NCBI GenBank assembly: GCA_003971905.1
Contig: RSEE01000066.1
Span: 372,001-397,582 of the forward strand
Direction of reading: 5' to 3'
DNA length: 25,582 bases
DNA from: Moniliella sp. 'wahieum'
Taxonomy: Eukaryota
The notes under the pieces were generated by a model that saw only the letters and a program-made list of their open reading frames with translations, did not search any database and was not told where the DNA came from. Positions 20,958 through 25,582 of the stretch are shown in pieces. Numbering within the stretch: position 1 is the first letter of the stretch; the number at the start of each line of letters is the position of its first letter. A program made the position numbers and the translations under genes.

Positions 20958-23900
20958 ATGGCCACCACCTCCCGCCCCCCCCGGCGCAACGCTGCGGCAG
21001 CTCCGCCAGGGCTTCTCCTCGCCCTACGCCTACGCCTCCAGCCACGCCGTCTTCCCCACCGCCCCGCCCCACCCGCCCTCCCGCTACCCGCCCCGCCGCC
21101 TGCGCCCGCGGCCGCGTCGCCTTCGTCGCCTCCGCCGCCTCTCTCGCCCCCCTCCGCTGTCTCCGCCGCCTCCGCCGCCTCCGCCGCCTCCACGCCCTCC
21201 ACGCCCTCCGCCCCGCCCCGCCGCCGCGTCAAGCATGACTCCCAGGCGCTCGCCCGCATGGCCTCCACCCACTACGCCAAGCTCCTCGCCTTCCTCGCCA
21301 CCCACCTCGCCTCTGGTACGTTGCCCTCGCCTGCGCATCGCTGTACCCTGCTGACCTCCCGCCAGCCTCGCCCCCCAGCCGCTCCCATGCTCGCGACAAG
21401 CTCAGCAAGCTGAGCAAGCAGCAGTTTGCCGAGCTCTCCACCGACGTGTACGACGAGCTGCTCCGTCGCCAGACCACCCTCTCCGCCGCCCCGCCTGCCT
21501 TGCCCACCCGCGCCGAATTCCACCCGAAGCGCAACCAGGCCCGCCAGAAGCTCGCCCACTTGCCCTCGGCCCGCTTCCGCGACCTGGCCACCGACGTGCT
21601 CACCGAGCTCGAACACCGCTTCCCGCACATCTGCCACCGGCCCCCCCTCGACCACTTACTGCAGCCACCACCAGCGGTCGAGTCTGAGCCACCAGGACTA
21701 GACCAGGACCAGGGCCAGGACCCGCCCAGGACCAGGACCAGGACCAGGGCCAAGATCTGGACCACGACCAAGATCTGGACCAGGACCAAGAACCCGAACA
21801 GGAGACCAGCTCCTCTTCCCATTTCTTGCGTCCCACCAGCTTGGCCTCCTCTACCACCACGACCTCCGCCCGCTCTCCCCCTCACCACTGCCCCAACCAG
21901 CGCCATCGACACTGATCCTCACTTTTCTGACGACGCCGGGCGCAAGATCGAATTTGCCCCGGACGCGGACGCGGACCAGCCACGCTCTCCCTCCCACCTA
22001 ACACTGCACACTGGCCAAGATACCGTCCGAGATAGCGGTCGGGATACGGATGGCGAGGGTGAGGGTGAGGGCGAGGGCGAGGGGAGGGTGGTGGCTATGG
22101 ATATAGCTATGGCTATCGCGATGGTGATGCCCAACCCACCGCGGAAGCCAACACGGGGCTGCGGTCGCCGGCCTTTGCGCCCCCTCCCCGCTTCTCGCAC
22201 CAGAGTCGCATTGATTTTTCGATTTCGGGCCCGAGCGAGTCGGGGCAATCCGAGCTGCTGAGCGACGATGAGTCCTCGGCGCTTGCCCGGCTCGGTCGGA
22301 TCCGGGGGTGTCCGATGCGCATTTGTCGTTGGAGTATGACGAGATGGAAGCCACGCCCCGTGCGGAGCGACTGGATTGGGCCCGGCCCGGTGCGGCGGGC
22401 TCGTTTGGGTCGGACGAACTGGAGGTCGTTCCGCGGGAGGACGAGGCCCGGGCTCGTGTCAGCTTCGTCTCTTCCGTCGGAGGCGGCTTGCTGCTCGCGT
22501 CCCAGCCCCGATCCGACAGCCAAGCCGCATGGTCCGACCCGCTCGCCCTACCGCCTCAAGAGGAGTACGACCACGAGGCCGACGCAGACGCCCATCCAGC
22601 GAGCCATCAGCCCCACCTCGATCACAGCTTCCTCCCTGACATGACCTTCTCCACGTCGGCCAAGTCGTTCGGGAGCAACGAGACGTACCTGCCGGCCACG
22701 GGGGACCGTGGAGCGGCGGGAGCAGAAGCAGCCGGGCCAGGGTCCGAGGCGGCCGACGTGTCGCGCCTGGTGCGCGAACGCGATGAGGCGCAGGCCCAGG
22801 CCCAGGAAACCGAGCGGATCTGGACCGAGTTGCGCGCTGGGCTGGAGAGCGAACTGGCGCACCTGCGCACCCAGCTTACCGAGACCCAGGAGCAGCACCG
22901 CGCCCTCGAAGCGCAGCTGAGCCACGTGCACCAAGACCATCGCGATGCGCTGCAAGAGCGCGAGACGTACTTTGCCCAAGCGCTCGACGAGCAAGCTACC
23001 TCGCACGCGCGGGCGCTCGAAGAGCATGCGCAGGCCCATGCGCAGGCTTTGGCTCAGCACACCGAGTCGCATGCCCAGGCCCAGGCTAAATGGGACGCCG
23101 AGCGCGCCCAGTTGCTCCCCTGGCAGGACAGGCACGACGAGCAACGTACCGAGGCGGAACGGTGGCGAGCGATCAGTGAGCAGGCCACCGCGCGCGCCGA
23201 CGAGCGTCCGGCATGGCTGAACAGGCGGGCATGTTGTTGGACCAACTGCGCTTGGAAACCGATCGGGCGACCGAGGCAGAAGCCAAATTGGCCTTGCTCG
23301 AGCAGGAGCAGGAGCAACAGCGCAACTTGCCCGCGTCCTCTGACACGCAGACCGAAACGCAGACGGAAACGCAATGCAAATGGTGCAGGAAGTGCAGCTG
23401 AGCGGGACCAAGCCCATGCCGACCTGGCCTCGCTGGGCGCCCGGCTGACCCAGGTCGAAGCGCAGTTGGCCCAGGAGCAAGAGCACGAGCAGGCCCGGGC
23501 GCGAGAAGCGCAGTACCAAGCTACCATCGCGTCGCTCCAAGCCCAAGCCGAACAAGATGCCACCTTGCTGCAGCAGCTGACCGCCCAGCTCGACGCCCAC
23601 AAGCACACTGAAACCCAACACAGTCTTCTGTCGCACCAGTCGCCGAGCTCGAGGCCCAGCGCACCGCCGCGCAAGAGGCGCTGGACCGGATCCGGTCCCA
23701 GATCGCCTTGGCTCGTCCTCTCCGCTCGCGCCAAGGCGCCGCAGCGCAGCAGCGCGTCCGCCTGCCTCTCCTGCCCGTACTGAGGCCGAGGCCGGGGCCG
23801 ACGCCGAGACGACGCCGAGGGGGACCGCCTGCCTGCCCTCGTCGCGCCCGGGGGGAAGATTGATCATGGCCACTGGTCGGAGCTGCAACAATCGCTGGAT

Positions 23901-24648
23901 AGGCTTCTGGCTGGCTCGGAGGACTCGGCCGCGCGCGCGGCGCGGCGCTGGAGCGTGTCGTTTGGGCCAGCAGCCTGATCTTGTGGGACGTGAGTGGCAG
24001 CGGGAGCGGAAGGGCGTCGAGCTCTGCACCTGGGCAGGAGGAGGCCGAGCAGGCCGAGCAGGCTGAGCTGCGCAGCGCACGGGCCAGCTACTCGCGCGCT
24101 CTGCACCGCTCAGGGCCACGTGCGACGCGGCGGCGTCCGCTTCGGACCTCGTGCCCCCCTCGCTCGTTTCCACCAGCACGACCGAGGTGGCCTTGGCTGC
24201 GCTCGCGCTCGCCAAGCGCGTCGGTATCGCGCCTGCGCCGCCCCTGGCCGATCTACCCACGCCACCTGGCACGAGCACCACGCTGCGCCCACTGCATACC
24301 CCGTCCCATGCCCCGCCACCACCTCGGTTCTTGCGCCCCGGGCCTGTGCCCGCCTCGTCGTCCTCCCGCGCGCTGCCGGCCCAGTTCCGGTTCCTTACCG
24401 CTCCTACACGGTTCCCTACCCCCTATCCGACCTCCGTCTCCGCCGCCGCACCTCCTCCTGCGCTGCCCGTCCCGCCCGTTTCGCACGCTTCCCACGTTTC
24501 GCACGCTTCCCACCCATGGTCCTCGCCGCGCTCCGCCACGTCCGACTTGAGCTCGGGCTCGTTTGATGATGAGGACACCAGCGACGTGATTGGCCATGCG
24601 CATGTGCAGCCGCTGCGGTTACCTACGGTGCACCTCGTCGCTCGTTAA
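20958..24648 (+). CDS. SPA2: Spa2-family polarisome scaffold (tandem GIT/Spa2 homology SHD-I repeats plus long coiled coil); intron 21316-21365; several frameshifts
   Basis: HYAKLLAFLATHLAS/ASPPSRSHARDKLSKLSKQQFAELSTDVYDELLRRQ...LPTRAEFHPKRNQARQKLAHLPSARFRDLATDVLTELEHRFP is the diagnostic SHD-I tandem. E/Q/A/L-rich coiled coil at ~22760-23640; Pro-rich tail to the stop at 24648. Confidence 0.88.
21700..21790 (+). repeat. Degenerate (GACCAG)n hexamer repeat within SPA2, probably Asp/Gln-rich linker
   Basis: gaccaggaccagggccaggacccgcccaggaccaggaccaggaccagggccaag... Confidence 0.75.
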
Positions 24649-24785
24649 ACTGTGAACTGTTAACCGTTCCACCGTTCCACCGTCCCCGTTACCGGTTACC
24701 CTTTCCACCGTTAACCCGTTTACCACGTTGACCCGTTTACCGCGTTCCACCGTTAACCCGTTTACGCGTTCCACCATTTAACCAT
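24643..24785 (+). repeat. Degenerate 7-9 bp tandem array (CCGTTCCA / CCGTTAAC / CCGTTTA variants) just 3' of SPA2
   Basis: More than a dozen variant CGTT-core units starting at the stop codon. Confidence 0.8.
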
Positions 24786-25260
24786 GTAAAAAATGCCCCC
24801 CCCCCCCCCGGCCTCCCCTCCCGGGACGCTTGGGTTGTTGGCGATGGATTGATATTGATTAATCATTGTCACTGGCCGATGGGGGGGGGGTGCTCTCTGC
24901 TGTGTTTTCTCTCTGCTTGCCGTCTCCCCCTTCCTCCCCTCGCTCATTTTCTCTTCCCGTTGCCCCCCCCCCCCCCGTTGTGGACGATTTCTTGTACCGA
25001 TGTTTGCATTTTTTTGGCTCTTGCCTCGTCGGCGTAATTGTGCGACTCCTCTGTTCTGCTTGCTCTGCTCTGCCTACTGGCTCTACTGCTTTGCCCTACG
25101 GTCGATCGATCGGTCCCGGATCGAGGATCGAGGATCTAATGCACCAAGCGCGATCCTAACCCCCCTCGCGTACCCTCCCCTCCCCTCCCCTCCCCTCCCT
25201 GCTCTGCATCGGGCGAGGACCATCCCATGGCTGTCTACTATATACAAGGCGGGGTATTAG

Positions 25261-25300
25261 TTCTTGGTTTCTTGGTTCTTGTTCTTGGTTCTTGTTGGTT
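25261..25300 (+). repeat. (TTCTTG[G])n simple repeat
   Basis: ttcttggtttcttggttcttgttcttggttcttgttggtt. Confidence 0.75.
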
Positions 25301-25376
25301 ATGGCGGTTGCGGGCGAGAGCGGGAGCGAGAGACCGCTAGGTCTGGCAGAGTGAGGCAGTAGAAGTTCTTTCTTCC

Positions 25377-25582
25377 TTACGCGGCGCGACCGGTCAGGGG
25401 CGACCGGTCAGATCTCAGAGCAGCACCGCACAGACGTACATGCAAAGGGGGTCCCGGGGTACCGGTTTCTCGGCGAGGAAGCCGAGGTAGGCCGACGCAG
25501 AGGCCGACGCTGCAGGAGGAAACGCGGGCGTGTTCGTGCCAAAGACGAAAGGACTGGGCAATAGCTTGGTCCAACGCCACCA
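25377..25582 (-). CDS. Possible 3' end of a minus-strand gene entering from outside the window
   Basis: Frame open from the window edge (ALDQAIAQSFRLWHEHARVSSCSVGLCVGLP...) to a stop at 25377; no family recognised. Confidence 0.3.
   Translation of the reverse strand, partial: VALDQAIAQSFRLWHEHARVSSCSVGLCVGLPRLPRRETGTPGPPLHVRLCGAALRSDRSPLTGRAA

Noticed and set aside
22548..24281. 577-aa minus-strand ORF
   Set aside because: Antisense shadow of the SPA2 coiled-coil region.
1467..24648. Pseudogene cluster or programmed frameshifting
   Set aside because: Indels are scattered across unrelated, partly essential genes at error-prone runs with intact motifs; sequencing error is far more parsimonious.
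24643..24785. Telomeric repeat or CRISPR-like array
   Set aside because: Units are short and variable, with no TTAGGG tract and no repeat-spacer structure; eukaryotic context.

Overview
Eukaryotic, intron-containing, GC-rich fungal DNA (GTRMGT donors, CTRAC branch points; protein sequences look basidiomycete). Recognisable genes: a Rac GTPase (+), a haspin kinase (+), a Ser/Thr-rich single-TM Mid2/Wsc-like membrane protein (+), COPI beta' subunit SEC27 (-), a long low-complexity hypothetical gene (-), a J-domain co-chaperone (+) and a Spa2-family polarisome scaffold (+). Almost every gene carries single-base frameshifts, best explained as unpolished long-read errors. The most interesting signal is invisible to the ORF track. 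At ~9.6-10.4 kb a spliced, probably non-coding host transcript carries a box C/D snoRNA in each of its first two introns. One is an snR39/snR59/SNORD32A-type guide for LSU Am807. Two further guides point at adjacent LSU positions (~A917 and ~U922, yeast numbering from memory) that I do not recall being methylated in S. cerevisiae. A possible H/ACA RNA follows. Other leads: a secreted CSalphabeta-defensin-like precursor at 447-954, a Rac with a Rho-type switch I (FENY), an identical 14-mer with a UPRE-like core upstream of both SEC27 and the J-protein, and a Spa2 that seems to lack its C-terminal domain.
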